NCBI GenBank assembly: GCA_009692435.1
Contig: SHZE01000002.1
Location: forward strand, 8,795 to 72,794
Direction of reading: 5' to 3'
From: Deltaproteobacteria bacterium
Lineage (GTDB): Bacteria; Desulfobacterota; Binatia; Bin18
Length of the DNA stretch: 64,000 bases
Made by a program: the position numbers and the translations under genes. The notes beneath the pieces were generated by a model. The model worked only from the letters and a program-made list of their open reading frames with translations, did no database searches and was not told the origin of the DNA. Within the stretch, counting starts at the first letter, position 1. Every line of letters begins with the position of its first letter. Of the stretch, positions 17,821-27,321 are shown piece after piece.

Positions 17821-18036
17821 TCAATCGCGGTCCGAGTCTCGGCCGGACGATGAGGTGCGGATAGGCTGGCCGAAGCTGATTTGTCCTTTGTCGATGCGCA
17901 GACAAAACCCGCATCCTGGTCTATTACAGGCCCAGAGCTTGAAGGGGATGTCGTTCCCTTGCGGTCCATAATCAGACAGGGGGAGGAGCACCCCCTTGTG
18001 GCACTGTTGGCAGCGCGGCCATTCTTTGTCGGGCAT
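17821..18036 (-). CDS. Small putative zinc-ribbon protein
   Basis: 71 aa with CQQC...CNRPGCGFC cysteine pairs. Co-directional with and downstream of rsfS. Confidence 0.45.
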   Translation of the reverse strand: MPDKEWPRCQQCHKGVLLPLSDYGPQGNDIPFKLWACNRPGCGFCLRIDKGQISFGQPIRTSSSGRDSDRD

Positions 18037-18080
18037 GGGAAATCTCCTTTCGTGTCTGTTGGAACAAAGGCTCCACGCCT

Positions 18081-18512
18081 TTATTTTTCTTCCATCCGCA
18101 ACGCAGCGGGAATTCCGGGATCCTTCATCACCGGGGCCCCGCCTTGATTCGGATCAAGAAACGCAAGGACCCGCTCTCCAGAGGTCTTATTCATCCATCG
18201 GCGCAGGCGTTGTTCGAGAAAAAGTCGAATATGATGCTTGCGATGGAAGAGTTCCACGACTTCTTCGGCACTTCGCCCGGCGAGCGGTGGCGCTTCAGGT
18301 GGTTTTTGACGACGGCATTTTCTCGCGACCGAGCGAACCGGTTGCCGTGCCGGAACGGGGTGGTATGCTCCCCCCTCCTTTTGGTAGGCGAGCCAGAGCG
18401 AGGACACCCCCTCACGAACAATTCTCAAGGTTTGAGACTCATTTTCCCAGTACTGATGTTGACGGTCACTGCCGTAGTACAGCGTTTCTGAAGGAGAAGA
18501 CGCACGTCCCAT
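18081..18512 (-). CDS. Hypothetical protein
   Basis: 143-aa ORF co-directional with rsfS, no recognised motif. The competing plus-strand ORFs look less protein-like. Confidence 0.4.
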   Translation of the reverse strand: MGRASSPSETLYYGSDRQHQYWENESQTLRIVREGVSSLWLAYQKEGGAYHPVPARQPVRSVARKCRRQKPPEAPPLAGRSAEEVVELFHRKHHIRLFLEQRLRRWMNKTSGERVLAFLDPNQGGAPVMKDPGIPAALRMEEK

Positions 18513-18651
18513 AGATACTCCGTCGGCCGACTTATCGCCTGTCCGACTTCTTTCCCATTATAGGGCGAAAACTTTAGGAAAGGAAAGACAGGCGAACCCT
18601 TCATTGGGTTTTGCGCAAAATGGACGAAGAAGCAAGGGCATCAGCGGGAAC

Positions 18652-19047
18652 TTAGGCCGTGGCGGTACGGAGATGTTGGGCTTGAGAATGGTAAGGTTCG
18701 GGAAGCTGACGGCGTGGGGCTTGCATCCATAAGCCTTCAAGATTGTAAAATTCTCGCATGCTTTCATAGAAAACATGGACCACGACATCGCCGCAATCTA
18801 TGAGGACCCACTGTCCGTGGGTATACCCCTCAATGGCGAGAGGGCGGATCTTGGCCTCCGCCAAGGATTCTTCGATCGCGCGACACATCGCTTGGACCTG
18901 GATGTCGGACCGGCCAGTACAAAGGACGAAATAGTCAGTAAACGAAGTCAACTCACTCACCTCAAGGATGAGCAGGTCGTAGGCTTTCTTATCAAGCGCC
19001 GCTTGGGCGCACAGCAGGGCCTTCTGCCAGCTTTGGTCTACTTTCAC
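18652..19047 (-). CDS. rsfS: Ribosome silencing factor RsfS (iojap family)
   Basis: DLLILEVSELTSFTDYFVLCTGRSDIQVQAMCRAIEESL...WVLIDCGDVVVHVFYESMREFYNLEGLW. Confidence 0.95.
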   Translation of the reverse strand: MKVDQSWQKALLCAQAALDKKAYDLLILEVSELTSFTDYFVLCTGRSDIQVQAMCRAIEESLAEAKIRPLAIEGYTHGQWVLIDCGDVVVHVFYESMREFYNLEGLWMQAPRRQLPEPYHSQAQHLRTATA

Positions 19048-19745
19048 TATGCGAGTTCCTCCGATTGATACAAGGCGTTGTCGGCAATGTAGGCTGCCAC
19101 GGTCGGGGGGACGAGATAGCGGATGGATTTACGTTGACGAAGGAGGACTCTGACTTGAGAAGCGGAAATCTGTAACCCGTGGATCTCGTGAAACACAAGG
19201 AAGTGGCCTGACGTGTGACGATACATCTTATGCGTGGAATCGTACCAAAGGGCAGGTTGAAGAGCAACCGGAAGCAACTGTTCGGGAGACGGTGAAGCAA
19301 CACCCGGACGAGAAGTGACAATCAGATGACACAGACTAGGAATACTGGCGTAATCTTTCCACGTATGGATTTCGCGAAAAGCATCAAGCCCCACAACAAA
19401 AAAGAGCGCTGCTGGGCCGAGTTCATCACGGAAGTGTCGAATGGTATCGACTGAATACGAGGGACCAGTCCGCTCAAGTTCGACCGCCGACGCCTGAAAG
19501 AACGGATTGTCCGCCACGGCCAGTTCGACCATTTTGAGCCGCTGTGCAGCCGAAACGAGCGTACCTTCGCTACGATGTGGGGGGCGTGCCGCAGGCACGA
19601 AGTAGATGCGATCCAGCGCAAAAATTTCACGGATTTCCTCGGCGCTCCGCAAATGCCCCAAGTGGATCGGGTTAAAGGTCCCGCCGAAGAGGCCAATCTT
19701 GAGGCCACCACCAGCAGACGGGGTATCTACAATTCCCGTGCTCAC
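19047..19745 (-). CDS. nadD: Nicotinate-nucleotide adenylyltransferase
   Basis: IGLFGGTFNPIHLGHL motif. The ORF extends to 20003 across proA, so the likely start is the GTG at 19745 preceded by GGGAAGAGG. The start is uncertain. Confidence 0.85.
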   Translation of the reverse strand: MSTGIVDTPSAGGGLKIGLFGGTFNPIHLGHLRSAEEIREIFALDRIYFVPAARPPHRSEGTLVSAAQRLKMVELAVADNPFFQASAVELERTGPSYSVDTIRHFRDELGPAALFFVVGLDAFREIHTWKDYASIPSLCHLIVTSRPGVASPSPEQLLPVALQPALWYDSTHKMYRHTSGHFLVFHEIHGLQISASQVRVLLRQRKSIRYLVPPTVAAYIADNALYQSEELA

Positions 19746-19755
19746 CCTCTTCCCT

Positions 19756-21012
19756 TTATCCTCGCACCTGGCCGTCACCCTGAATGATGTACTTGTAGGT
19801 CGTGAGTTCCCGCAGCCCCATCGGCCCACGTGCGTGGAGACGATTCGTGGAAATTCCCACTTCCGCACCGAAGCCAAATTCGAAGCCATCGGTGAAGCGG
19901 GTTGAGGCGTTAGCGTACACGGTCGCGGAATCCACCTCGTGCAGAAAACGGCGCACATGCGAATAATTCTCGCTGACAATCGCATCAGCGAGCCCAGAAC
20001 CATACGCGTGAATGAAATCTAGCGCGTCATCAAGGGAGTTCACAACCTGCACTGAGAGAATCAAGTCTAAATACTCCGTGCGCCAGTCCTCCTCGGTCGC
20101 GGCCTTCACCTGTGGAGCGATCTTCCGTGTCCGTTCGCAGCCGCGAATTTCCACTCCAGCTTTCTCTAAATCGGCAAAGAGCGTAGGGAGGAACCGTGAG
20201 GCCACAGACTCGTGCACTAGGAGATTCTCCATCGCATTACAAACCCACGGACGCTGCACTTTGGCGTTCATACAAATACGCAATGCCTTCTGGAGGTCAG
20301 CCTCGGCGTCGATGTAGGTTTGACATATCCCGGAAAAATGCTGAATCACCGGCACGGAAGAACGTTCGGAGATCGCCCGAATCAACTCTTCCCCACCACG
20401 AGGAATAATCACATCGACAAACCGATCCTGACGCAGGAGCGTGGCCACGGCTTGGCGATCAGTCGAACGAATCAGTTGAATCGCGGCGGCGGGCAACCCC
20501 GCTTCAACCGCGGCGGCGGTCAAGGTATCGGTAATGGCACTATTGGTGAGAAATGCCTCCGACCCGCCCTTAAGAATGACCGCATTGCCTGCTTTAAGAC
20601 CCAACCCCGCGGCATCGGCGGTCACGTTGGGGCGGGATTCATAGATCACACCAACAACCCCCAACGGAACACGGATTTGGCCGATTTCGAGACCGTTTGG
20701 ACGCCGCCATTGAGTCAGCGTTTCACCAACCGGGTCGGGCAGTTCCGCGATGATCTCCAACCCTTCTGCCATCGCCTCAATCCGTGTTTCGGTTAAGGTC
20801 AGCCGATCAAGCATCGCGGAGGACAACCCTTTGTCGCGCCCAGCTTCGACATCCTGAAGATTGGCGGCCAGCAGAGTGCCACTGTCCTGACGGAGCCGAA
20901 TCGCTGCTTGAAGTAGCGCTTGATTTTTGACCGGCGTGGAAACCGTGGCCAACGTGCGCGCGGCTTTTTTCGCCGCTTGGCACATGGAGACTACCATTTG
21001 TTCGACGTCCAT
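19756..21012 (-). CDS. proA: Gamma-glutamyl phosphate reductase
   Basis: 418 aa; ...IYESRPNVTADAAGLGLKAGNAVILKGGSEA...; ...VYANASTRFTDGFEFGFGAEVGISTNRLHARGPMGL. Confidence 0.95.
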   Translation of the reverse strand: MDVEQMVVSMCQAAKKAARTLATVSTPVKNQALLQAAIRLRQDSGTLLAANLQDVEAGRDKGLSSAMLDRLTLTETRIEAMAEGLEIIAELPDPVGETLTQWRRPNGLEIGQIRVPLGVVGVIYESRPNVTADAAGLGLKAGNAVILKGGSEAFLTNSAITDTLTAAAVEAGLPAAAIQLIRSTDRQAVATLLRQDRFVDVIIPRGGEELIRAISERSSVPVIQHFSGICQTYIDAEADLQKALRICMNAKVQRPWVCNAMENLLVHESVASRFLPTLFADLEKAGVEIRGCERTRKIAPQVKAATEEDWRTEYLDLILSVQVVNSLDDALDFIHAYGSGLADAIVSENYSHVRRFLHEVDSATVYANASTRFTDGFEFGFGAEVGISTNRLHARGPMGLRELTTYKYIIQGDGQVRG

Positions 21013-21044
21013 GACGCGCTCCTCTTTCTCGTCACCCGGCCTGC

Positions 21045-22190
21045 TTAGAGCAGTGCCAAATCATCGCGGTGAATCACTTCGTCACTGATTTTATAGCCAA
21101 GAATGTGTTCGACCTGAGCCGTGCGCACTCCTTTGATTCGTTCTAGCGCGTCCGAGCTATAGTTGACCAGTCCACGGGCGAAGGGTTGTCCGGCCTCATC
21201 AAGACAGGTCACGCACTCGCCTTCACTAAATGATCCGTGAACAGCGCGTATTCCTGGTGGGAGCAGGCTGCGGCCACGATCACGAATGGCACTTGATGCG
21301 CCGGCGTCAACAACCAGTTCTCCCGCGGGCTTCAGTGTATAGGCAATCCAATGTTTACGACTGGTCAACCGATCCGCGACCGGAAGAAAGAGCGTACCCA
21401 CCTCCCTGGCCGGATCAAAGACCGCGGCAAGGGTTTCGTCTTGGCGGCCATCGGCAATGATCGTCGGGATACCAGAGAGCCCCGCTTTCTGAGCGGCTTG
21501 GAGTTTTGACACCATGCCACCCCGCCCCAATGTTCCGGCACCACCGGCATTGGCGAACAGCGCGTCCGTGAGCTGCTCCACCACCCCAATCAATCGCGCC
21601 TCAGCGTGCTCGCGTGGGTCTTTGTCGTACAATCCTTCAATATCACTTAAGATGATTAATAGGTCCGCTTCCACGAGCACCGCCACCAGTGAGGAAAGAT
21701 GGTCATTGTCCCCGAATTGAATCTCTTCGACCGCGACCGTGTCGTTCTCGTTGACGATGGGAATGACGCGGGCATCAAGCAGTGTCAACATGGTGTGCTT
21801 GGCGTTCAGATACCGGCGTCGATTGGCAAGATCGTCGTGGGTCAATAAGATTTGCGCGACACGGACATCGCCAGCGGAGAAGGCGCGCTCATACAAGGCC
21901 ATCAGTGCAATCTGTCCAACCGCCGCCGCTGCCTGTTTTCCTGGAATAGTCCTCGGTCGTTCTTTCAAGCCCAGGCCACTCAGACCGGAGGCCACGGCAC
22001 CAGAAGTGACAAGCACGACATCCTTCCCCTCACCGTGCAATCTCGTGAGCGCTCGGGCCAACCGCGCGACACTCTCATGGCGAATGCCGTCGGCGCTCGA
22101 TAACACACTACTGCCGACCTTGACGACGATGCGGCGGGTACGACGGAGGAGTTTCGTCTTGTACGAACGTTGCGTCACAACTATGCCCAC
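21045..22190 (-). CDS. proB: Glutamate 5-kinase with PUA domain
   Basis: RIVVKVGSSVLS...; VLVTSGAVASG...; IVNENDTVAVEEIQFGDNDHLSSLVA; C-terminal PUA-like segment. Confidence 0.95.
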   Translation of the reverse strand: MGIVVTQRSYKTKLLRRTRRIVVKVGSSVLSSADGIRHESVARLARALTRLHGEGKDVVLVTSGAVASGLSGLGLKERPRTIPGKQAAAAVGQIALMALYERAFSAGDVRVAQILLTHDDLANRRRYLNAKHTMLTLLDARVIPIVNENDTVAVEEIQFGDNDHLSSLVAVLVEADLLIILSDIEGLYDKDPREHAEARLIGVVEQLTDALFANAGGAGTLGRGGMVSKLQAAQKAGLSGIPTIIADGRQDETLAAVFDPAREVGTLFLPVADRLTSRKHWIAYTLKPAGELVVDAGASSAIRDRGRSLLPPGIRAVHGSFSEGECVTCLDEAGQPFARGLVNYSSDALERIKGVRTAQVEHILGYKISDEVIHRDDLALL

Positions 22191-23236
22191 TGCGCGGATT
22201 CAGCAGGAGGAGAAACGATAAGGGAGGCGGTATGCGCGCGTTGTTGATCAAGAGTACGGACAATCTCGTGCATCACCGCGGGCACGCCTTCTCTCGTCAC
22301 TGCCGAAATCGCGAGGAGCGGCACTCCGCGTTCAGCGAATTGCGCCTGGACTTCAGGGAGCCGCTCCAGCGTCATGGGTAAATCAATCTTGGTGACGACG
22401 ACAAGCTGTGCCCGCTGCTCAAGGCCATCCTCAAAGCACGCCAGTTCGTTGTTGATAATCTCGTAGTCGTGCCACGGATCGCGCGTCAGGTCGGAAATAT
22501 CGAGTAAGTGGACCAGCATTGAGGTACGGGACAGATGCTTGAGAAAACGAATCCCCAGCCCCTGTCCCTCATGGGCTCCTTCGATCAGGCCAGGAACATC
22601 AGCCATGACAAAGGACCGTTCGTCGCTGTAGCGCACGACGCCAAGATGTGGAGTGAGTGTGGTAAAAGGAAAATCGGCGATGCGGGGTTTGGCGGCGGAC
22701 ACGACGGAGATCAAGGTCGATTTGCCAGCGTTGGGGAACCCGACCAGCCCCACATCGGCCAATAAGCGCAACTCAAGCAACAGTCGTCGCTCTTCACCTG
22801 GAGTGCCTGGCTGGGCAAAGCGCGGGGCGCGATTGGTTGAGGAGGTAAAAAAGGCATTCCCTTTTCCCCCTCTGCCGCCTTTTGCCACGATCACTTCCGC
22901 ATATCGGACGTTGAGGTCGGATAAGAGTTCTCCGGTTTCGATGTCGCGGACAATGGTACCGAGAGGAACGCGGATGACGAGGTCTTCCCCGTTTTTCCCG
23001 TGCTGATCTTTCCCTCTCCCATTCTCGCCTTTGTCGGCGCGCAGATGTTTCTGGGCCGAAAGGTCGATCAAGGTCGTCAGTTGCGGGTCTGCTCGGAAGA
23101 TGACACTGCCACCCTCCCCGCCATCTCCTCCAGACGGTCCACCGTGAGGACGGTATTTTTCGCGCAAGAACGCGACGCAACCACGGCCACCATCACCAGC
23201 CTTTGCATGCAGACGGATTTCATCAACAAAGTGCAT
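22181..23236 (-). CDS. obg: GTPase Obg/CgtA
   Basis: MHFVDEIRLHAKAGDGGRGCVAFLREKYRPHGGPSGGDGGEGG...; GFPNAGKSTLIS. The start is taken at Met30 of the ORF. Confidence 0.95.
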   Translation of the reverse strand: MHFVDEIRLHAKAGDGGRGCVAFLREKYRPHGGPSGGDGGEGGSVIFRADPQLTTLIDLSAQKHLRADKGENGRGKDQHGKNGEDLVIRVPLGTIVRDIETGELLSDLNVRYAEVIVAKGGRGGKGNAFFTSSTNRAPRFAQPGTPGEERRLLLELRLLADVGLVGFPNAGKSTLISVVSAAKPRIADFPFTTLTPHLGVVRYSDERSFVMADVPGLIEGAHEGQGLGIRFLKHLSRTSMLVHLLDISDLTRDPWHDYEIINNELACFEDGLEQRAQLVVVTKIDLPMTLERLPEVQAQFAERGVPLLAISAVTREGVPAVMHEIVRTLDQQRAHTASLIVSPPAESAQWA

Positions 23237-23329
23237 AAGAAGATAGAAAAAAGCCCCTGGTCGGGGCTTGAGGAAAGACGTACTCCGGCTGAACGGAAAG
23301 GGAAGGCCGCTGGCCTTCCCCATAAAAAG

Positions 23330-23614
23330 CTATTGGGCCGGGGCTGCTACTGCCGCCGCTTGTTGCGGATAGACACTGACCCGTTTGCGATCTTTCCCGA
23401 CGCGTTCGTACTGAACAATACCATCGATTTTTGCAAAGATCGTGTAATCACGTCCCATCCCGACATTGGTTCCTGGGTGCACGCGGGTTCCTAATTGCCG
23501 GATGAGGATATTTCCCGCCCGAGCGACCTGGCCAGCGTACATTTTTACGCCACGACGCTGTCCCGGACTGTCACGCCCGTTGCGGGTCGATCCTTGTCCT
23601 TTTTTATGAGCCAT
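23330..23614 (-). CDS. rpmA: 50S ribosomal protein L27
   Basis: [52 protein letters not shown]. Confidence 0.97.
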   Translation of the reverse strand: MAHKKGQGSTRNGRDSPGQRRGVKMYAGQVARAGNILIRQLGTRVHPGTNVGMGRDYTIFAKIDGIVQYERVGKDRKRVSVYPQQAAAVAAPAQ

Positions 23615-23617
23615 GGC

Positions 23618-23938
23618 TTATCCTCCCATGTTGATGTTGGTAATTTGGACGGCGGTGAAATGCTGCCGATGTCCATGTTGTCGGCTATAGTTTTTCCGCC
23701 GTTTTTTCTTGAAGACAATGATCTTTCTTTCCTTGTCGTGCTCAATGATCCGCGCGGAGACGGTCACACCTGACACCAACGGTGTCCCAACCTGTACGGC
23801 TCCGTCAGCAACGGTGAGGAGCACCTCAGAGAAAGTAAAGTCATTACCTTTGTCCCCAGTGAGCGATTCAACCCGAAGCAACTCTCCTGGAGAGACACGA
23901 TATTGTTTTCCACCTGTCCGAATAACTGCGTATGGCAT
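23618..23938 (-). CDS. rplU: 50S ribosomal protein L21
   Basis: MPYAVIRTGGKQYRVSPGELLRVESL...; ...KKKRRKNYSRQHGHRQHFT. Start at Met4 of the ORF. Confidence 0.95.
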   Translation of the reverse strand: MPYAVIRTGGKQYRVSPGELLRVESLTGDKGNDFTFSEVLLTVADGAVQVGTPLVSGVTVSARIIEHDKERKIIVFKKKRRKNYSRQHGHRQHFTAVQITNINMGG

Positions 23939-24119
23939 GGCGTTCACCTATGTGAGCAAAAGTGCTCTGTCAACTTCTGACGAGGATCCGTAGAACACCG
24001 GAAGAAGCACGCCGTGTCAACCCCTACATGGCGTATGGCTCGTTCGCTATGCTCACTCTATGGCAGGAACATTTTTTGCCATAGAGCGCAGCAGGCCATA
24101 CACCATACGCGAATCCAGC

Positions 24120-26213
24120 TTATCTCGTCACGGAGTCTTGCGATTGGCGGACCGTAGCTTCAGGACGATCGGTCCGCTGCGCGGCAACCTCAGGAGCGGT
24201 TGGTCCTGCCTGAAGGGGAATGACCAAGGAGGTCAGTGGCCGACCACCGACTTCAAGCGTCGCCAGTTGTTCGGCAAGCCGCTTTTTCTTTTCTTCGGTG
24301 ATCGGGTTCACGACAAGCGGTTCCTCTTCTTCTTTTTCCTCGGTGACGACACTGGCCGTTTCTATCGCGGATTCGCCAAAGGGATTCACAAATTCGCCAT
24401 CTTTGTACAGCTCAAAATGGAGATGTGGACCGGTCGCGAGTCCCGTCGACCCTACCAAGCCAATAACCTGTCCACGCTTCACCGCAGCCCCTTCGGCGAT
24501 GCCTTCCGCATAGTCCTGGAGATGAGCGTATCCGGTTTCGTAAGGCCCTGGGTGATCGATTTTCACCAGATTGCCGTACCCAGACTGCCGCCCGACAAAC
24601 GTGACGATACCAGAGGCGACACTGTACACCGGCGTCCCGCGTGGCGCGGCGAAATCAATTCCCCGATGAGCACGGGAGCGATGAAGAATCGGATGGACAC
24701 GAGAGGCGGAAAACATGGAGGAGACGCGCGTGAATTCCAAGGGGAACTTCAGGAATTTTTCCCCTTCGCTCTCGATATTCAACCCTTCGCCTTGATACCG
24801 CATAGCAACGATTTTCTTTTTGCGCGCGATCTGTTCTTCTGGAATCAAAAAGGCGGTGTAGGGCTCGTCGTCATGGCTGATTTCAGCGGCAAGCAGGTTT
24901 TTGTAGGTGACGATCTTCTCACCTTTTCGCACCGCTTCGAGCAGCACCTTAAAACGGTCTCCCTTGCGGAGGTCGGTCAGGTCAACGTCCCAGGCAAGCG
25001 CGAGGACTTTCTCGACCATCCGCGCTGGGAGCCCAGATTTGCCAAGCGTTTTCCTCAAATTACCTTCGACCTTGCCGCCGAGCACGAGCAACACTTCTTG
25101 TAGCGGTGGCTCTTCGAGACGCGCTGTGACGCGCCCTTTCGTCGTACGCTCGAGAATCGCGCGGGTTCCGGCTTCGATCTCGTAAATCACGGACTGAAGA
25201 TCAAAGCTGTCCTCGGTAAAGTTCAGCTCAAGGGTTTGCTTGGGGCGCAAGTCACGAAACGCGCCATTTTTCTTCGCCACCGCTAGCCATTTCGCGGCAT
25301 CCTTGGAGGGGATGCCAATTCCCTTCAATATCTTTTCTAGGGTGTCTTGTTTCTTGATCGTATGAAATACCTGCGCTGGTGGGAACGGAATGACCTCTTC
25401 TTTCACCGGCGCGGTCGCGGGCAGTGGCACCGGAGCCAGGGCCGCGATCAGCACCGGCGGCGGCGCGGGCTTTTTTGTATCGGTACTGACGATGGCCTTC
25501 TTGATCTCGTCGGTGTTATCAACTTTGACCAACGTAGAATTTTTCTTCTTAGGCGCGGTCGCGGGCGGAGTAGCCGTATATGCGAGCATCGCGCGGCGGA
25601 GGTCCTTCTCCTGGGCTAGTGCCCAAATGTACGTCGGTTTTTGCCCCGACGGCGCAGCCACCACTACGCGCATTTCCCGTGCGATCGCGGCGGAAAGGTC
25701 CAAGGCGAATGGCGGTCGCGCTGGCTCCGAAAGGACGAGCGCATCATGCTGGACGGGTGGTGCGGGTTTGACCGACGGAGCGGGGTGCTTTTTCTCGGTC
25801 GCCTGGGTCCACAGGTATGCCACGTCTCCCTTGACCACAGCCCACCCACTCACCGGCGCATCCTCGTGAGAGCCGCGCGCGGTCGGGTCCGACGAGTCAG
25901 CGAATCGTTGGGGATCAGCCGCGCGCACCTCTTGGAGTCGTTGTTTCAGTTGATGATTGATTTTTTTCTTTTCGAGGGAGGGGTCAATGGCGGAGTTCGC
26001 GGTCCGCACAACCAAACTGAGAAAGGATAAGGTCAGAATTGGGGCGATGATGAGTAGCTGAATCTGACCAGCCTGTTGGGCGAGAAGGGTACGAATCTTT
26101 CCCTGCATATACCTCATATCCACCTCATCCGGGGAAAAATTTTCCTTGACCGCCCCCAACCCACCACATCGCCACCTCAGCCATTTCGTCCGGGCGCTCT
26201 CAAGGAGCCCCAT
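24120..26213 (-). CDS. Membrane-anchored M23-family metallopeptidase (MepM/YebA-like)
   Basis: C-terminal HRGIDFAAPRGTPVYSVASGIV...GYGNLVKIDH...GLVGSTGLATGPHLHFELY. N-terminal TM segment IQLLIIAPILTLSFLSLVV. The start is uncertain; internal Met codons at 26117 and 26108 are possible. Confidence 0.85.
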   Translation of the reverse strand: MGLLESARTKWLRWRCGGLGAVKENFSPDEVDMRYMQGKIRTLLAQQAGQIQLLIIAPILTLSFLSLVVRTANSAIDPSLEKKKINHQLKQRLQEVRAADPQRFADSSDPTARGSHEDAPVSGWAVVKGDVAYLWTQATEKKHPAPSVKPAPPVQHDALVLSEPARPPFALDLSAAIAREMRVVVAAPSGQKPTYIWALAQEKDLRRAMLAYTATPPATAPKKKNSTLVKVDNTDEIKKAIVSTDTKKPAPPPVLIAALAPVPLPATAPVKEEVIPFPPAQVFHTIKKQDTLEKILKGIGIPSKDAAKWLAVAKKNGAFRDLRPKQTLELNFTEDSFDLQSVIYEIEAGTRAILERTTKGRVTARLEEPPLQEVLLVLGGKVEGNLRKTLGKSGLPARMVEKVLALAWDVDLTDLRKGDRFKVLLEAVRKGEKIVTYKNLLAAEISHDDEPYTAFLIPEEQIARKKKIVAMRYQGEGLNIESEGEKFLKFPLEFTRVSSMFSASRVHPILHRSRAHRGIDFAAPRGTPVYSVASGIVTFVGRQSGYGNLVKIDHPGPYETGYAHLQDYAEGIAEGAAVKRGQVIGLVGSTGLATGPHLHFELYKDGEFVNPFGESAIETASVVTEEKEEEEPLVVNPITEEKKKRLAEQLATLEVGGRPLTSLVIPLQAGPTAPEVAAQRTDRPEATVRQSQDSVTR

Positions 26214-26319
26214 ACCCTGCCAGCATCACCCGCAAAAGTCAAGCAGAATTTTCACCCCTCCCAGCTCCGTATCCGTCAAGGTTGAGTTGCGCCAGATCCA
26301 ATGTTAATAGTGCTCTGGC

Positions 26320-27318
26320 ATGAAAAAAATACTGATTGGGAGCCTAGTTGCCCTGCTCCTGGGAGTCGGAGCCTCGGGATGGTACGTCCATTCAGCACTC
26401 ACGACAGCCGGCCTCGCCCATTCTCAAACAATCGTGGTGCTGATCCCTCCGGGCCTCCAGTTGCAGACGATCGCCCAAGGTCTCGTCTCCGAAGGCGTGC
26501 TGACGAACGGCTTCGTATTTTCCTGGTGGGCGCGTCTGACAAGAGCTGATCGGAAGATTAAAAGTGGCGAGTACGAGTTTACCGAACCGCTCTCGCCATT
26601 AGAACTGTTGCATCGTCTAACGCTGGGCGAAAACCGCAGACTGCTCGTGACGATTCCCGAAGGAAAGACGGTCAAAGAGATTGCCGCGATTCTCACCAAC
26701 AAAGGACTCGGCACCGCCGAAAGCTTCCTCTGCCTCAATACCGACCCAGCCTTCCTGGACCGTTGGGGGCTCCCAGCACAAGGGATGGAAGGGTATCTGT
26801 TCCCGGATACCTATTATCTTTCTCGCTTCGCCATGCCCGAGGAAATCCTCGGAAAGATGATCGAGCGGTTCTATCACGTCTTTACCCCCGCCATGTATCG
26901 ACAAGCGGACTTCCTCAATATGACCCCCCATGAAGTTGCGACCTTCGCTTCCCTAGTTGAAAAGGAAACCGGAGCGGATGCAGAACGTCCTCTCGTCTCC
27001 GCCGTCTTCCACAATCGGTTGAAAAATCGAATGTTGCTCCAGTGCGACCCCACAGTCATCTACGGCATAGCGAATTTCGACGGCAACCTAACCCGTACGC
27101 ATTTACGAACACCGACACCGTACAACACGTACGTCATCCCTGGGCTCCCTCCTGGCCCGATCGCCAATCCAGGATTGCACTCCCTGCTTGCCACCTTAAA
27201 CCCCGCTGACCGTCCCTATCTGTATTTTGTTGGCAAAGGGAACGGGACCCACGAATTTTCCTCGGACCTCGCCTCCCATAATCGTGCCGTCCAACAGTTC
27301 CAAAAGAGGCGTTCCTAA
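26320..27318 (+). CDS. mltG: Endolytic murein transglycosylase MltG (YceG family)
   Basis: TIPEGKTVKEIAAIL...; ASLVEKETGADAERPLVSAVFHNRLKNRMLLQCDPTVIYG...; NTYVIPGLPPGPIANPG. Confidence 0.93.
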   Translation: MKKILIGSLVALLLGVGASGWYVHSALTTAGLAHSQTIVVLIPPGLQLQTIAQGLVSEGVLTNGFVFSWWARLTRADRKIKSGEYEFTEPLSPLELLHRLTLGENRRLLVTIPEGKTVKEIAAILTNKGLGTAESFLCLNTDPAFLDRWGLPAQGMEGYLFPDTYYLSRFAMPEEILGKMIERFYHVFTPAMYRQADFLNMTPHEVATFASLVEKETGADAERPLVSAVFHNRLKNRMLLQCDPTVIYGIANFDGNLTRTHLRTPTPYNTYVIPGLPPGPIANPGLHSLLATLNPADRPYLYFVGKGNGTHEFSSDLASHNRAVQQFQKRRS

Positions 27319-27321
27319 CAC

